From positions 34,844,001 to 34,908,000 of the forward strand of contig CAIIXF020000001.1 of the NCBI GenBank assembly GCA_903813345.2: a stretch of 64,000 nucleotides of DNA, read 5' to 3'. Of the stretch, positions 11,012 to 24,700 are shown one piece after another; within the stretch, counting starts at the first letter, position 1; each line of letters starts with the position of its first letter. Position numbers and translations under genes: made by a program. This DNA comes from Owenia fusiformis (lineage: Eukaryota). The notes under the pieces are model-generated. The model saw only the letters and a program-made list of their open reading frames with translations. It made no database searches and had not been told where the DNA came from.

Positions 11012-14000
11012 GATTTAGATTTATGAACTTTATTACACATTCATACCCATAAAAGGTTAAGTGTACACAAAGTAAACACTAATTTTACAATATATCAATA
11101 CAACAGAAAACAGTATATATAACAACAAACAAAATTAACACTTCATAATAAATAAATAAGTAAATAAATGAACAAATAAATATGCATCATGGATAAGCAC
11201 ATGAATGGTGATTGTGATACGCGTCCATTGTTTATGTCATATATCACACCCTTCTATGTTATATTACATTTATGAATAAATTCTGCTACAATTTCAATTT
11301 CTTTATTTTCACAAGACATACAATATTGGAAAAAAAGTGAATCGTCCTCCATGTTGAAAAGGTGTTTAATTGGGTTGCCGTGTGATACAAGTTTATCGAG
11401 CATTTTCTTTCTATATACTGTATTTTTTACATGAACGCATTATGTGTTTTTCGTTTTCTATTAAATTGCAAACCTCGCAAATTCTTTCATCGATCTTTAA
11501 TTTTGGGCGTTCGTATCTACCCGTTTCTATTTTTAATTTGTGGTTACTGATACGAAACTTTGTTAGACTTCGTCGTAAATGCCCATTTGAAATTGAATCT
11601 AAATATGGTTCGAACCTGAAATTGCTTTTAAATATTTTGTATGTATTCAGTTTGCGACATTGGTCGGAATTCAATTGATTTCGCCAATAATCTTCAAAAC
11701 TAATTTTTGATTTACAAACAACTTCGGATGCGTCAATAGTATATTCTTTTACATCTAAAGTATTATTGATATTGCTGGGAGTATTTCCTGAAAATGATAC
11801 TACCTCTAATTTATCCATTACACTTTTAAAATTCAGCATCCACGATGACTTGTTGATCTTTGATAAGTCATTTGATGTAGTAAGTGCTTCTGATAATAAG
11901 ATGTATGACGTATTTAACATGTGATTATAGAAATTAGTAGCTTGTTTGAATATATTTATATATAGTGGGTATTTCCCAAGCTCTCCATAAATTGCTAAAT
12001 TTGTTGATTTTTTATTTACTTTAAGAATATATTTACAAAAAGATAACAGAAGTTTCTCAGATGGAAATCGTCTGCCATTTGTAAACCATTCATTCAAATC
12101 TTTTGTAGAAAAGTAATTCGACATGCCCCATATTTCAGATCCATATAAGATTATTGGAACTACCAATTGTTCAAAAATCTTTATTCCTATTGAAGGTTTT
12201 AAACTTGTATCGCCTAGTGACCTTTTTATTTTATAAATTGCCTTTAATCCTCGGTCATACAGATAGTCCTTGGATTTACTAAATGTACCTGAACTACTTA
12301 TGGTCAAACCCAAGTATTTATATGATTTTACCGTCTCGATCTCATCCCCATCAAAATAAAAATTTTCTGTACATTTTCTACCATTTCCAATAAATTTCAT
12401 TATTTTTGTTTTCGATAAATTAATTGACAAATGCCAGTCTTTACAATATTTTGAAAGATTATCTATAGACTTTTGAAGTCCATTTCTGCTCAAAGACAAA
12501 AGTAGAACATCATCAGCATACATCAAACAGTTTACTTTTGAACTTTGTAAAATTGGTGCGTCATTGTAACCTATAACCGCTGGCAGATCATTTAAAAACA
12601 AATTGAATAGTGTGGGAGACATTGGATCCCCTTGTTTAACACCAGCATTCACTTTTCTAAATTCAGTCCTCTTATTTGAAATACTGTTTTTTATACATAT
12701 TTTGGTATCTTGATACATTTTTCTAACGATTTCAAAAAGCTTTCCTTTTATACCAACTGACAAAAGTTTATACATAAGACCTTCCCTCCAAACGCTGTCA
12801 AAAGCCTTTCTAAAGTCAATGAATATTCCATAAATAGGAGATTTTAAATGTTTAACATATTTATCATGAAGCGTTCTGATAATAAAGATATGATCCACTG
12901 TTCGTGCTTTCTTCTGAAATCCTATTTGAGCTTTATTCATAATATTATTATGATTTATGAAAACCTGCAATCGTGCATCCAATACTGAACTAAATATTTT
13001 TCCAAACACAATGTTAATTGTTATACCTCTATAATTTGATAATTTTCTAGGATCTCCGCTTTTAAAAATTGAAGTGATATATCCCTCTCCCCAACTTGCC
13101 GGATATTTTCCTGAATTTAATATTGTATTAAATATTATTTTCAAATATGGCAGTATTAATGATTTGGAACTTTTGACCATTTCATTCGAAATCATATCCA
13201 AACCAGATGCTTTATTATTTTTTAAGCCTTTAATTGCTGTCTCGATTTCTGATTGTTTAATCTCAAAATCTAACTCTGAAAAGAATGGTTCTTTTCGCAT
13301 CTCCTCGATCCGAGAAGAAATCTCAACATTTGATATGTCGGTCGTGTTAAGTAATTTATAATAGTATTCTAACCATTCGTTAATTTCAACGCGGTCTTGA
13401 GTGACTCTCGAACCAGGCTCTTTTAGTTTGTCTATTAAATTCCAATATTCAGTTGGATTTGTAGAACTAGCGTTTTCAAGCTTTTCAATTAATTCCGCTT
13501 TATATTGATATTTAGCTTGTTTACATCGTTTTTTATAAACCTTTTTCACTTTAAAGAACATACCTCTTTTATAAGGATTTGTGGGATCATTTTGTAAACA
13601 TTTGCCTAATTTTCGAACTTCAGAATGCAGTTGCTTGCACGATAAATTATACCACTTTTTACATCGTTTTTGTTTATTTCCTTTCTTATGTCTGACGAAC
13701 CTCTTTTCAAGCGTATTGGACGCAGCATTGTGCATACACTTAGTTAAGTTATTTAACATATCATCTACATTACTATTATGATCCATATCGTACAGGCTGC
13801 GTTTATTTGTAATCTCGATTTTCAATTGGTCGTGAAAATCTTTGCTTTTTTCTGAAGACCAGATATATCTCGGAGGTAATGGAGTTTGAGTATAGACTTT
13901 ACTTTTCCTCGTTTTATGTTTGCAAATTCTGCTAAATTCAGAATTATATAACAAAGAAATGGCACAATGATCAGAAAGGTTTCCTTGAAAATCATGCACT

Positions 14001-14101
14001 TTAAATGTACATATGTTATGCATGATTTCCGATTGCGCCAGCGCTATATCAACCGTGCTACTTCCATTATATTTATGACATGTAAGACTACCTTTTAAGA
14101 C
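11012..14101 (-). mobile_element. 5'-truncated non-LTR retrotransposon (LINE; possibly RTE-X clade)
   Basis: 12-bp TSD TATCTTTTCATA at 11000-11011 and 14102-14113. 3' end has AATAAA plus an (AAATCT)n-type tail. Carries the 908-aa ORF. Confidence 0.92.
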
Positions 14102-14137
14102 TATCTTTTCATATGACGTGTTGCAGTCATTAATCAA
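11411..14137 (-). CDS. LINE ORF2: end of AP-endonuclease, reverse transcriptase, C-terminal Cys/His region. The first ~12 codons come from the TSD and flank.
   Basis: SDH endonuclease motif; NYRGIT, FIDFRKAFDSV, GVKQGDPMSPTLFNLF, YADD, YKYLG; KFRISNHKLKIETGRY...CEVC...H...C. Confidence 0.92.
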   Translation of the reverse strand: MINDCNTSYEKIVLKGSLTCHKYNGSSTVDIALAQSEIMHNICTFKVHDFQGNLSDHCAISLLYNSEFSRICKHKTRKSKVYTQTPLPPRYIWSSEKSKDFHDQLKIEITNKRSLYDMDHNSNVDDMLNNLTKCMHNAASNTLEKRFVRHKKGNKQKRCKKWYNLSCKQLHSEVRKLGKCLQNDPTNPYKRGMFFKVKKVYKKRCKQAKYQYKAELIEKLENASSTNPTEYWNLIDKLKEPGSRVTQDRVEINEWLEYYYKLLNTTDISNVEISSRIEEMRKEPFFSELDFEIKQSEIETAIKGLKNNKASGLDMISNEMVKSSKSLILPYLKIIFNTILNSGKYPASWGEGYITSIFKSGDPRKLSNYRGITINIVFGKIFSSVLDARLQVFINHNNIMNKAQIGFQKKARTVDHIFIIRTLHDKYVKHLKSPIYGIFIDFRKAFDSVWREGLMYKLLSVGIKGKLFEIVRKMYQDTKICIKNSISNKRTEFRKVNAGVKQGDPMSPTLFNLFLNDLPAVIGYNDAPILQSSKVNCLMYADDVLLLSLSRNGLQKSIDNLSKYCKDWHLSINLSKTKIMKFIGNGRKCTENFYFDGDEIETVKSYKYLGLTISSSGTFSKSKDYLYDRGLKAIYKIKRSLGDTSLKPSIGIKIFEQLVVPIILYGSEIWGMSNYFSTKDLNEWFTNGRRFPSEKLLLSFCKYILKVNKKSTNLAIYGELGKYPLYINIFKQATNFYNHMLNTSYILLSEALTTSNDLSKINKSSWMLNFKSVMDKLEVVSFSGNTPSNINNTLDVKEYTIDASEVVCKSKISFEDYWRNQLNSDQCRKLNTYKIFKSNFRFEPYLDSISNGHLRRSLTKFRISNHKLKIETGRYERPKLKIDERICEVCNLIENEKHIMRSCKKYSI

Positions 14138-15786
14138 CGACTTGTTGGAAATTATGTCAATTTATATTTCCAGCCCCATAAATGTTTTTTATTCACAAAT
14201 TATGAAAATATGAGACGTTAGGGCTACCAAACTTTTGAAGGGGAGTGTATGCAGCTAGCTGAGTGTATGTGGCATTGTTCAATTTGATTGTCACCACCTG
14301 CAAGTTGCTCACAATATTATCAATTCAATCTTAAGTCAGATTGGAACTCCTGAGATGTTGTAGATGATTTTGAAAAATTGGTCGATTTGAAGCAAGTTGA
14401 AAAATACCTTTTTGACATTTTTACCATAAGGTTATTAAACGTCAACTCTCAAATCTAAACTCAGTCATGTAGATGATTTTCAAAAAGGGTTAATTTGAAG
14501 CAAGTTGAAAAACGACCTTTTATACCTTCTTTTGACCCTGAGAAGGTCATTAAATTTCAAATCTAAAATCAGATTTGAACTTCTGAGAACGTGTAGATGA
14601 TTTTAAAAAAGCTGAAGTCAGTCTAAACAGTATTTGTTAAGTTTTTTTAAGTTTGTTACCACTTTTGGTGGTGACATAAAAAGTTGATTTTGAAGGAATT
14701 TGAATTTATTTCAAATGAAATTTTAGTTGTCATGCAGAAAAAAGCATTTGTTTTTAGATGGCGGGCGATTAACAACCTTTTTTAAAAAAAACTCTCAAAT
14801 AGTTTTTCAAGTCATGAAAAGTAATATTTGAATGATTAAAACTATATTTTCCAGATTCCAACGTTGATTCATTTATTATCATGGATATGAGGACCTTCTA
14901 GGGTTTTCTAGTCGAACCAGTAGTCAATCTGATTACATTATAAGCTCAAACATATTCCAAAGCCAAACTATATTTTGACTCCAGGCTCCCATTCTGATAC
15001 TCATAGCATTTCTCTCTGTTGCATCGCAGATGTCTCCCCAGAAGGAAAGAGATGGAGAGGGCGTGGCTTACCACGATGCCAGGCTCCTCGAGTCACTGAC
15101 AATCAGTGTCTGCAACGTCGCAGTGACTGCGATAGCTTGATGCATGACCCCTCTGACACGTATCATTCATCATCATGACTACTTTCAAGCACAATATTTC
15201 AATTCTACAAAGCTCTAAGGCATATCAGTTTTTCCTAATAACCAAGGTTAATACGGGCGCGGGCACGATTTTCTTCTCAAGACAACTGTTCCGGTGCCAG
15301 ATTATGGGTTTGTAAGGTGAGTGGTCGCAAGGGCTTAACGCCAACTTCGCTGTCGGCACATGTACGGGAATGGGATACAGGGGGTGTAGACCTTATACAA
15401 CTCTGATCACCAGGCTCCTCGAGTCACTTAGCATGACTACTTGTCTTTCAAACACAATATATCATGACAAAAATTCTTTGGAATGCATTTCAGTTAATTT
15501 TATTCCAATTTCCAATGTGTCACAAGGAAAACATTTCAATTCATGAAGAACGTCTAATAGCCTATAACATAACTTGATTTACATAAAGGGTGATTTATCA
15601 CAATATGATTATCATACTTGGTGATACTAAATAGATCATATGCTGAACGTCATTGTTTAAATTATTTTCAAATCTGAGGTTAACGTGATACACTCATAGT
15701 CCATTTTCAAGTATAATCATGCTTGCTGAAAAGTGTAGTTGGTGGGTAAGTCATCGGTGTCTTTGTCCCACTTCTCACTTCCATTA

Positions 15787-18700
15787 TTAATTGCACCTGA
15801 AAAATATAATCAGAGCTATGAATCTTTCTCATACTGTTCCCATCTAACCTTCAAGGAACAATCTCTGATTCAAAAAGTTTTCATGTTATACTATGATGGC
15901 TAATACTTCATTTGAGAGTCATGTCTTCTAAATATAGTTTTTGTACGAATATTATGTTTTCTTCACCCGGATTCTATCCATTCTCTTTCTAAGAATAGTG
16001 GATAAAATACCATGCTTCTTTTTACAGGGTGATCAAAAACAACAGAACCGCCCACAAGTTTTTAAAAACTTGAATATCTACACAACCTCTTATTTTCTTG
16101 GCACAGAAGCTGCAATCAATGGATGACAGTATGACATCAAAACCAATGGGACATATTTACATGTACCCTTTCAAATTATGTGTGCAATCGAAAGTTGACG
16201 ATACGTTGAGACTTGTCTAATGTCAACTTATCTAATGTAGTCGCAATCATTGTTTCTAGTGGTTCTTGTCTGATTAACCACTCCACTATGATATGTTGGT
16301 TTCTGTTTTTGGGTCACCTTGTATGATTGAAAAAGTACTTACGCGCACGTATCTTTGCAGTTTTGTTGCATGAACGCACTGTAAACACTCCCGGGTGCGC
16401 AATAGCCAGAGCTTTTCCAATAGTTGCAACTACTTGAGGCATCTCCTGGTTTATCGATGCAGTCGACTAAAACAACCAGAATGAGATACATATTCTAACA
16501 ATTATGGCATTGGCAATAAGTTAAAGAATTTAAGCTCAGTGTTGGATCAGTTGTGGCCGATTTTAAGCACGAATGTCTTGCATGCGATATAAAATGATGG
16601 AGGGCATGGGGCCCAATATAGGTTTTTTATAGTTTTTAACGGCTAGATATATCAAAAAGAAAAAGAAATGTGTCTGTTTAATTTGCTTTAAATCAATATA
16701 TTAACTATCAAAATCTACAACATTAGAAAATTCCATAGTGGACTTTTTTTAGAAAAGGGTACTAAGTAAAGCAATATCGATAGTGGTTTATAATGGCAGC
16801 CAATGGGGATTTTCCAAAATTCAAACGCCAATATCTTTTGAACTAGGTTGAAGAAAAAATTTAACTTTTCTGATTTTAAAGATAATCATGTTTTTGTAAC
16901 ATACTTGGAATATGGGCTTTATTGCTCTAGAACTGTTATGCAGGGGGTCTTTTGAAGATTGATAAATTAACATGGAGCTCAATGCAAATGTGCCAAAATC
17001 TTTGAGGCCTGCTATTATGAAACAGAGGCCACTTTTCAACACTTCGTTAGATATCAAAACTATGTATTAACGATACTTTGGTCAGAAAATGGTGCTTTAT
17101 TTATATCAAGCATAATTTAACAGGTTTAGGTTTTGTACAAGTCCACTAAGAAGAATGTATTCAGCCTGAAACATTAAAGGCAAATCTGTTTTTTCAAGGC
17201 CAATATATTGACCTGCACTGGCATCTACTTTTTCGTTTTTCGCACAAAGTTATTGTTTTCCTTCAAATTGTGAAGAAATGACCAAAAATCAGTGACGTCA
17301 TCAATTAATTGAAAGAATTAGGCGGGAAAACAAAACAAGAACAGATGATATTTTACGCATTTGATTACACACGTAGATTGCACATATGCACGTTTACGTT
17401 AAAAATGAATCATTGCCGTTTTCTTTATCACCATATCTAATTCATCTGTTGTAAAATATAAAATGACTATTCCCGTTTGCCAACTGTATAGGTAACGTAG
17501 CATTATACTTCACTTGGACGACTACTCTAGCGGTGTAGTAACTAGTGGTAGTTAAAGTTTTATGTGATCATAAATGGCATTAAAATTCAAAACGTTTCGT
17601 TAGATATGTGGCATAAAATCCAGACGAACCAGGATGGCCTTATGCTACCTTGACTAATATTTCTATAAGTCTATACATACTTTCACAGGCTTCGCCCCCT
17701 TTGCTGTCATCACCACAATTACAGACGCAATTTTCTTCTGTTGTGTCGATAGTTCCACCATTTTTCTCACACTTAACTTTATTAGGACACTCTGTAATAA
17801 CATAATAAGAGTATCATACCCTGGCCAATAGAAATAAAAATGCTTTTTCTAAATTGATATGTAGTAAAATAGCTTGGGAGAAATCTTATAAATATTTTGA
17901 AGAACTCAAGCCCTAGCCTTGCCCAAGTTGGTATTTTTTACTTATCAGATCTTGAATTAGAAATCAATATAAGGAAAGGAGACCGACTTGGGCAAGGCTA
18001 CTCAAGTCCCTGTTTTGTTACATCATCTTAGGATGAAGGTTTCTTTGTGAAGTTCCAACAAATACACGACTTGAATTGTAACTTGTATCCACGCTTACTA
18101 AGATAACGCAATGAGCTGGTCGCGGTATAAACGTCTTTGCGATGTGTTTCTCTTTACAATACACTATAAAACTTGTTTCATATACTAATGCAAGTGTCTT
18201 ATTCCAAACCAGAAAATATCATTGAGCTACATGTATAGGAACATCGCGCACCCTTTACAAGATCGGCCATCACTGTCCCAGCTTATGGGATATCGAATAA
18301 ATTGAAATCCTGGGATTGAAAAACCCTTGGACCATGGATGATATCGCGAGTAGCAGTTGAGAAGATCGGGACGTAAATGCTAGTTGATTTGATACAAAGT
18401 TGTTACATTCAGATACGCAAGTAACCATTCTAATGATGATAATTAAAGTTGTTACGCATATTTTCTTTATTACAGCATGTGTTTTCAATTAAATCGTTAC
18501 CAATTCAAAACTGAAATCATAAAATACTGAAAAATCAACTAAATCTTCTGATTTTCTGTTAACATTGCACAGAATTGGTCGAATAGCCGATAGATGTCAT
18601 TCATTGATTAAACATGACGTCATATTTGAGATCTTAAGATAAATCTGACGTCATGACGTCAGTGCCATAGAAACTGAGATTGTCTTATTTTATTTTGACG

Positions 18701-21700
18701 TCATTCCAATGTAATGAACCAGTTATATCACCAAAAGTTATCATATTTTGTTTGAAATTGGCCGAAAAGTTAAAGGTATGAGGATTCTAATCTCAACGGA
18801 ATCAAACAGATCTACCTTCAAAGTTACAGAAACCTGAGATGACTAAGATACCATATGATTTTAAGTACCTCTACCAGACCGTTGAATATCCTCATTTCAC
18901 CATTTTGACGCCATTTCTAATGGATTTCAATGGAGTCATGCATGAATTCCTCATGATTTTTTCAAAACAAATTGGCCGAAAAGTGTGCATGTGTACATTG
19001 CTTAAAACATGTTAAATCAGTAAAGGTTGATGTCTAGTTATAGAAACCTGAGATGACTAAGGTGGCAAATCAATATCATTCGCACAGTAAGCGTTCGAAA
19101 AATGTCTCCATTATAAATCCCATAGGCTTTGGAAAACCGGAAGTAATGGTTCTGCGCATGCGCAGTGAAATATTGGACAAATTTTGTGCAATGATATTTA
19201 TCAAATACATTTCTAAAACATTTATTTGCACACGCTATTTCGTATTTAATGGGAATATGATAGGCCTACGTTTCACGCATTTTACAAATGTTTCTTTTTA
19301 AAGAGTAGATTGCAGTTTACATTTTCAATGATAAGTATGAATAAAATGTGTCCCATCACTATATTACCACGAGCTGACCACATTTTAATATTTATGACAT
19401 CGTTACTAGCAACACTAGGAATGTACAAATCCATGCTAAACGTGTTACGCAAATTGTTGGAGCAGTCACTCTCGAAAATGGCACAATATAAGAGTGCCCT
19501 TGTGTCTTAAATGTCACACCATACTCAAGAAAATTTAATTAAGAAAATATCATATCATTTAATCAATTCTGTCGTTTAAGGATACTCACCACAGTTCTCA
19601 TCTTCAAGATGATTGCATTTCGCTGAAAAAAATTCAATAAAGTTATTAGACCATAATTAGAAGTAGATTCTTTCTACGAACATATAATTATATCTATCAA
19701 ACATTTAAACATAGATATTGTTACGCGGTAAACACGATTCAAATATATGTCATATTCCACAACGAGTATGGCATATTCACTTGCGTTGTATGACAGATTC
19801 ACCCGCGGTATATGGCATACACATTAACCAATGAGAACGCGATACGGAAGTACGCAATTGTCAATTACATCGATTCGACGAACGGGTTAAAGTCTATAAA
19901 TTATTATGATGATTACTGAATCAACAGGTCAGTGCATTGAATATATTAACTAGTACACTTTAATAACATACACCGGTGGTACCTGTATTGTTTGATATTG
20001 TTTTATATATGTGTTACACGCAACAACACACTTCAATGGAAACATTATTACACATAAATAAACGAACCTACGTTCGTGAAGCTTATGAGTGACCTTTACA
20101 ACCAAATCAACAGTTTACAAAGACCAGGCAAAAACCTGAAAACACGAGTATTTGATAGTGGTTAATACGTTACTGATACTTTCAGAAGCACATTTACCAA
20201 TCACACGTAATAAACTTACTCAATCACTCCAGGGTTCATAGTTTAGTGCTCGAAGTGATAAAAACAATGGTAATCCATTATAGTTTTACATTTAGTGTTG
20301 ATTTGCTAAACCAATCAAATAAAGGGAATTTCGTATGACGTTCACCGCGCGGTGAATGCCATATTCCGCAACGTGTATTTCATATTCTCCGAGTGAATAT
20401 GTCATATTACGCAGATGAATATGAGGTATTCACTATATCATATTTCAATGCGGAATTTGCCATACTCACTTGCGGTCTATGTCAGATACCGCAGGTGAGT
20501 ATACCATATGCACTTGTATCACAAATACCGCGCAACCATAAATGTATCCCATATACCGCGTAACAGATATGACATACGGTATATATTTCAAACCACGAAA
20601 ACAAAATACAGAATACACAAGTGTTCTTTATAAGTAATCAAGGCACAAATTAGCATATTATATTTATGAAATTAATTACAGATATAAAACGCGAAATTTG
20701 ACAAGGCCATTTTTAAAGTCCTTTTTAGATGCCATAATTGTCCATATATACTCTTAAAAGTTTTTTCATTTTCGGCTCTTGGTTTCTTAAAATGCCATAT
20801 GTCTTATTTGATACTCGCCCAGAAAGCATTTTCTTTGAAGATAGTTATTTATACGAAGTTCATGTTGAGTGACACGATAATCCTTTTGACATTTAAAATA
20901 ATAGTCCTCGAACTTTCAATTTAGTGCCTTTTGTTATAACTGGACGTCTTGATAATAAAAACGTATACAACGGAATTATAAAAAAACAATTGACTGGGTT
21001 TACGCTACTTACCACATAGTGTATCATTGTAACAAGATACGCCAGTGTCACCCTTACATGCACTACAGACACCCCCTTCTCTGAATGGTTTTTGGCCTAC
21101 ATAGTTTCCCCTGAAAGATAATTAGGATTTATTTTATGCTGTCTAAATTCTTGCATAAATTCTGATCATAAACATAATCTTTCATATAACGTATTAAATG
21201 TAATTAACATTCAGTTGCATTTTGCGTCATAGGCAGGTGAATTACCAAGAAATTAATCCCCCAATACCCTTTGTATAAAGGTGATTTGTCTGTTATGAGG
21301 GATCAATCGATTTTTTAAATACTAAAGAAACTTCATCATTTATTTTTTTACTCAAATGTTCGTTTAGCCAAATAAAAAATGAAATAACAATTCAAAAAAC
21401 ATATAAAAACATAGAATAACCCACTCTCTAGATGCAATGATGGGTACATGATTTGCGGATAATCTTCACCTTTGTTTGAAGTCCAGTAACCATAGTAGAT
21501 GAGTAGCCAGATCTCATAAAGTCTTCAAATAAAGAAGTTTAAACCTCCAAAAGGTTACTGGCTAATCTTGGAAAGCTAAACACCTGGTTGAAGACTATAA
21601 AAATTCAGAACAGGTGGAAAAGTTCTTAAAAAATTTTAGGGGTAAAAGTTGAAAACGGTGCTAGCTCTAGCAGGTGCCCCTCCCCCCCCCCTCCACCTAA

Positions 21701-24700
21701 GATTGGCCCAAATTTTGGGTTTTAGAGGCCCAAAATTTTTTCCGCGGAAAGATTTTTTAAGAGTTGAAATTTGCCCCCATTGTTAGTTTCGAGGTCCGCC
21801 CCTGGTGTACTGTGTCCGTGATTTGAAGAACGCATATCACTTACGGTGGGGAATAGTCACATATGACGAGAGTATAATCGTAAGTTGGTGTGTCTCTGTA
21901 TATGACTTTAACCCCATCTTTATACTGATACAGCTTATCACAAATATGGGCGCCACAGCCAACCATCTCAGTAACCGCCCAGATGACCTACAAAAAGAAG
22001 AAGTTATTGGGCGTATTAGACTAGCCTTTTCCCGTTTTCAGATCAGATCAGATTTAATTTCTGGATTACATGTAAAATAAGGATAGAATCACACCCAGTG
22101 GTCGGGAAAATGTGATGAAGGAGCATATAATAAGCTAGAATACAAGCAGTATACTATTACCTGAGTATAATGGCCACAGACTTTCCCCTGGGCACAAGAG
22201 ATGGTTTTTAGGTCGTAATGCGGTTTCTCATCATTGTACCAGCCTTTCATTGCACCCATGGCAATGCCTGAGTCTATCGAGGAACCCCCTGGCCTACCGA
22301 TGTAGTACATGTTCTGGCCAACACTAGTACCATTGCAACTGAAATAGATTTTATATTAATAATTTAAAGTGCATATTTGCCCCGCCGGACTGACCCTTGT
22401 AAAGCCTATTGCTATCTACAAGTTGAAAAAATGAAGTACAGTATCATAACAAAGGCAGAATCAGAGCTGATAGGGGATGACAAAATTGCAAGCAACATAA
22501 ACCTGCATATAGGACCTGCCAATGTATTTTTATCATCTTAAATGATGTAAGTGCCAGAAAATGATATACTTTGTTTGGAATTCATACATTTGGCCAAACA
22601 TTTGCGTAAAGACTGTGATGAATACCCAGGCCCGACGTAGCCAGGATTTGCCAAGGGGGGTCAGTTTTCAAAAATTTCCAGGGGGGTTCAAATTTGACAA
22701 TTTTGGCCCAAATTTGTCTAAAATACTTGATAAGTGCTCAAAATGGTGAAAAACTGCATGATTTTAAGAGAATTTTGGCCAGGGGGGGGGGGTCGCACGA
22801 ACCCTGCAAACCCCCCTGGCTACGGGCCTGAATACCAGTCATGTATAAGAGTTTAGGAGTCTAACTATTCCTAACGTCGAGAAGTCAGATAGGAAGTTTA
22901 AGCTTTCAGTGTTTTTCACAACCTAAACCTGAACGGAAAATATTTAAGCGATGCATTTGTATGGGCGATTGGTATATGTTGGCGTTTCGATTTTATATGC
23001 AAGCATAACACTCCTTATCCTATGCCGAGTAGAGTTTTAGGGAGATAAGTTGGTAAGATATAAGATATATTTAAAAAGTTATGGATATATTCTTACAACG
23101 TGTAATCCCCATGGTCCCAGATACACTTGTTAGCTCGTAACTGGGACAACTTTGCTAACTCTTGGTTGTATGTCAGCTTATTCTCGTTGGAACTGCCCTG
23201 TTCACTGGCCTCGTTAAGCCTCCGTGTGTTGTGTTCATCCACCATGATGTTCTGCCAAGCCTCATTTGGGATGTCATCTGGAAGGTCGCTGCATGAGGAA
23301 CGCTTCTGACCTGTATAAATACAATTACATTTATTTGATTGTAAAAAGCATTGAGGATATATATAATGGGCTATAGATTACGCTTGTTTTGAAGAAAAAC
23401 AGCTCATATACAATTTTGAATAATTTCTACGAGACTTCCTGTATAGGTAATCATTGAGTATCGAATTGTGAAATATTGTCGTATTAAAATATTGAAATAT
23501 TTTATATCATGATCAAAAAATGTACATTTTTGAATATTGATTCTTTTTTTCTCTGGCTACTGAAAATAAGATAAGAAGGTTTACATTCACTTTCCGCTTA
23601 TTCTACATCTGAAGTATTTTTAATGTTGTACATGTACATAGCCTATTTTTAAAAGTATTTTTAAATTAAGAATAGATTTTAAAATATTTCGAAAGTGATT
23701 CATGTGCAAAAATTAAGGCATAATCCACTACATAGGTTACAATAATTAGCAGTTAAAATGTCAGATTGTGAGTGACAGTAAAACCTGTTAAAGTTTTCCG
23801 AACACCTCTAAATCTGAACGCTTTTCAGGTCCCATTTTTATCGTATCTTTTATATGTCGTACGCTTGTTTTAAACAGCCATATTTAAACCTTCAGGGATG
23901 TTCAATCTCACACTGTGACAGTGTACTAACTTATTGACTCTCTCGTATCTAGTTTTTTCGTCAGAAAATAATTTATCATTAATAAAAAAAATAGTCAATT
24001 ATGACTTGGAGAAACTTGTTCCTTGTTATAGACGAAAGGACACCTTTCTTGTTCCCATTGATCATGATTTATGTTCAGTCTCAGTTGTCCTGCAATTCTG
24101 ATAAAATACGCTCCGTAGCAGAGCGAATCTCAGGAACTGGTGTACACTCGCGTTTTGTCTCAATTTTCTTGTCTTACTTAAAAGACCCTGTACTCCCCCC
24201 TTTATCCTTCTCTCTATCTCTGTATATTGCAAGGTAAAGAGAGTGAAGGTGGCGAGGGGGGGGGGGGTTGGATACAGTCTTTAAGCAAGACTATCAATTT
24301 TCAATTAAAGTATTTATAATCCAGAAACAAGTATACTTGTCATATTCCATGCTAATGCTGTTGGAGGAGTTATTTTTGGATTGCACATGCTATTAGAAAT
24401 ATTTTAGATGCGATACTTATCTAACAATGAATGCACTGGTGATCCACTCGATTACGCTGGTTACCGAAACGGTTCGTTTTGGTAACAAAATGTCGGAACA
24501 TCGAAGGTACGATTTTTCTTTTTTCCTTATTTCACACGTTGTAGGCAGAATTCCCACGACATTTTTTAACACAAACGTGTATCAGAATCATATGTTTAAG
24601 AAAATGTACATATTTGCGAACAAATAGTTCAGAAGACAACAGAATCGATTTAATTCCTCACTTAAGTTACATAAACGGGTTTCGAAAAACGGTTAAGATC

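Larger units (their letters stand above)
10784..14247. mobile_element. Tc1/mariner-type MITE (~370 bp net) split by the LINE insertion
   Basis: TA-flanked TIRs AACTCCCCTCCAAAAGTTTGGCAAC and GCTACCAAACTTTTGAAGGGGAGTG; a related end is seen at ~44611-44671. Confidence 0.75.

Noticed and set aside
11370..13781. Plus-strand ORFs overlapping the LINE (also 28027..28227 and 29251..29508)
   Set aside because: Antisense shadows of long AT-rich ORFs with no recognisable motifs.
14102..14137. Native start of the 908-aa LINE ORF
   Set aside because: It lies in and beyond the TSD; the element is 5'-truncated within the endonuclease.
19153..19164. NRF1 palindrome TGCGCATGCGCA as a promoter
   Set aside because: Intronic, in repeat-like sequence, with no adjacent ATG or exon.
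23741..23784. Alternative phase-compatible exon 2 for CAP paralogue 1
   Set aside because: It overlaps a CAGTAAAACCTG MITE end. The exon at 24962-25014 has better splice sites and is homologous to paralogue 2 exon 2.
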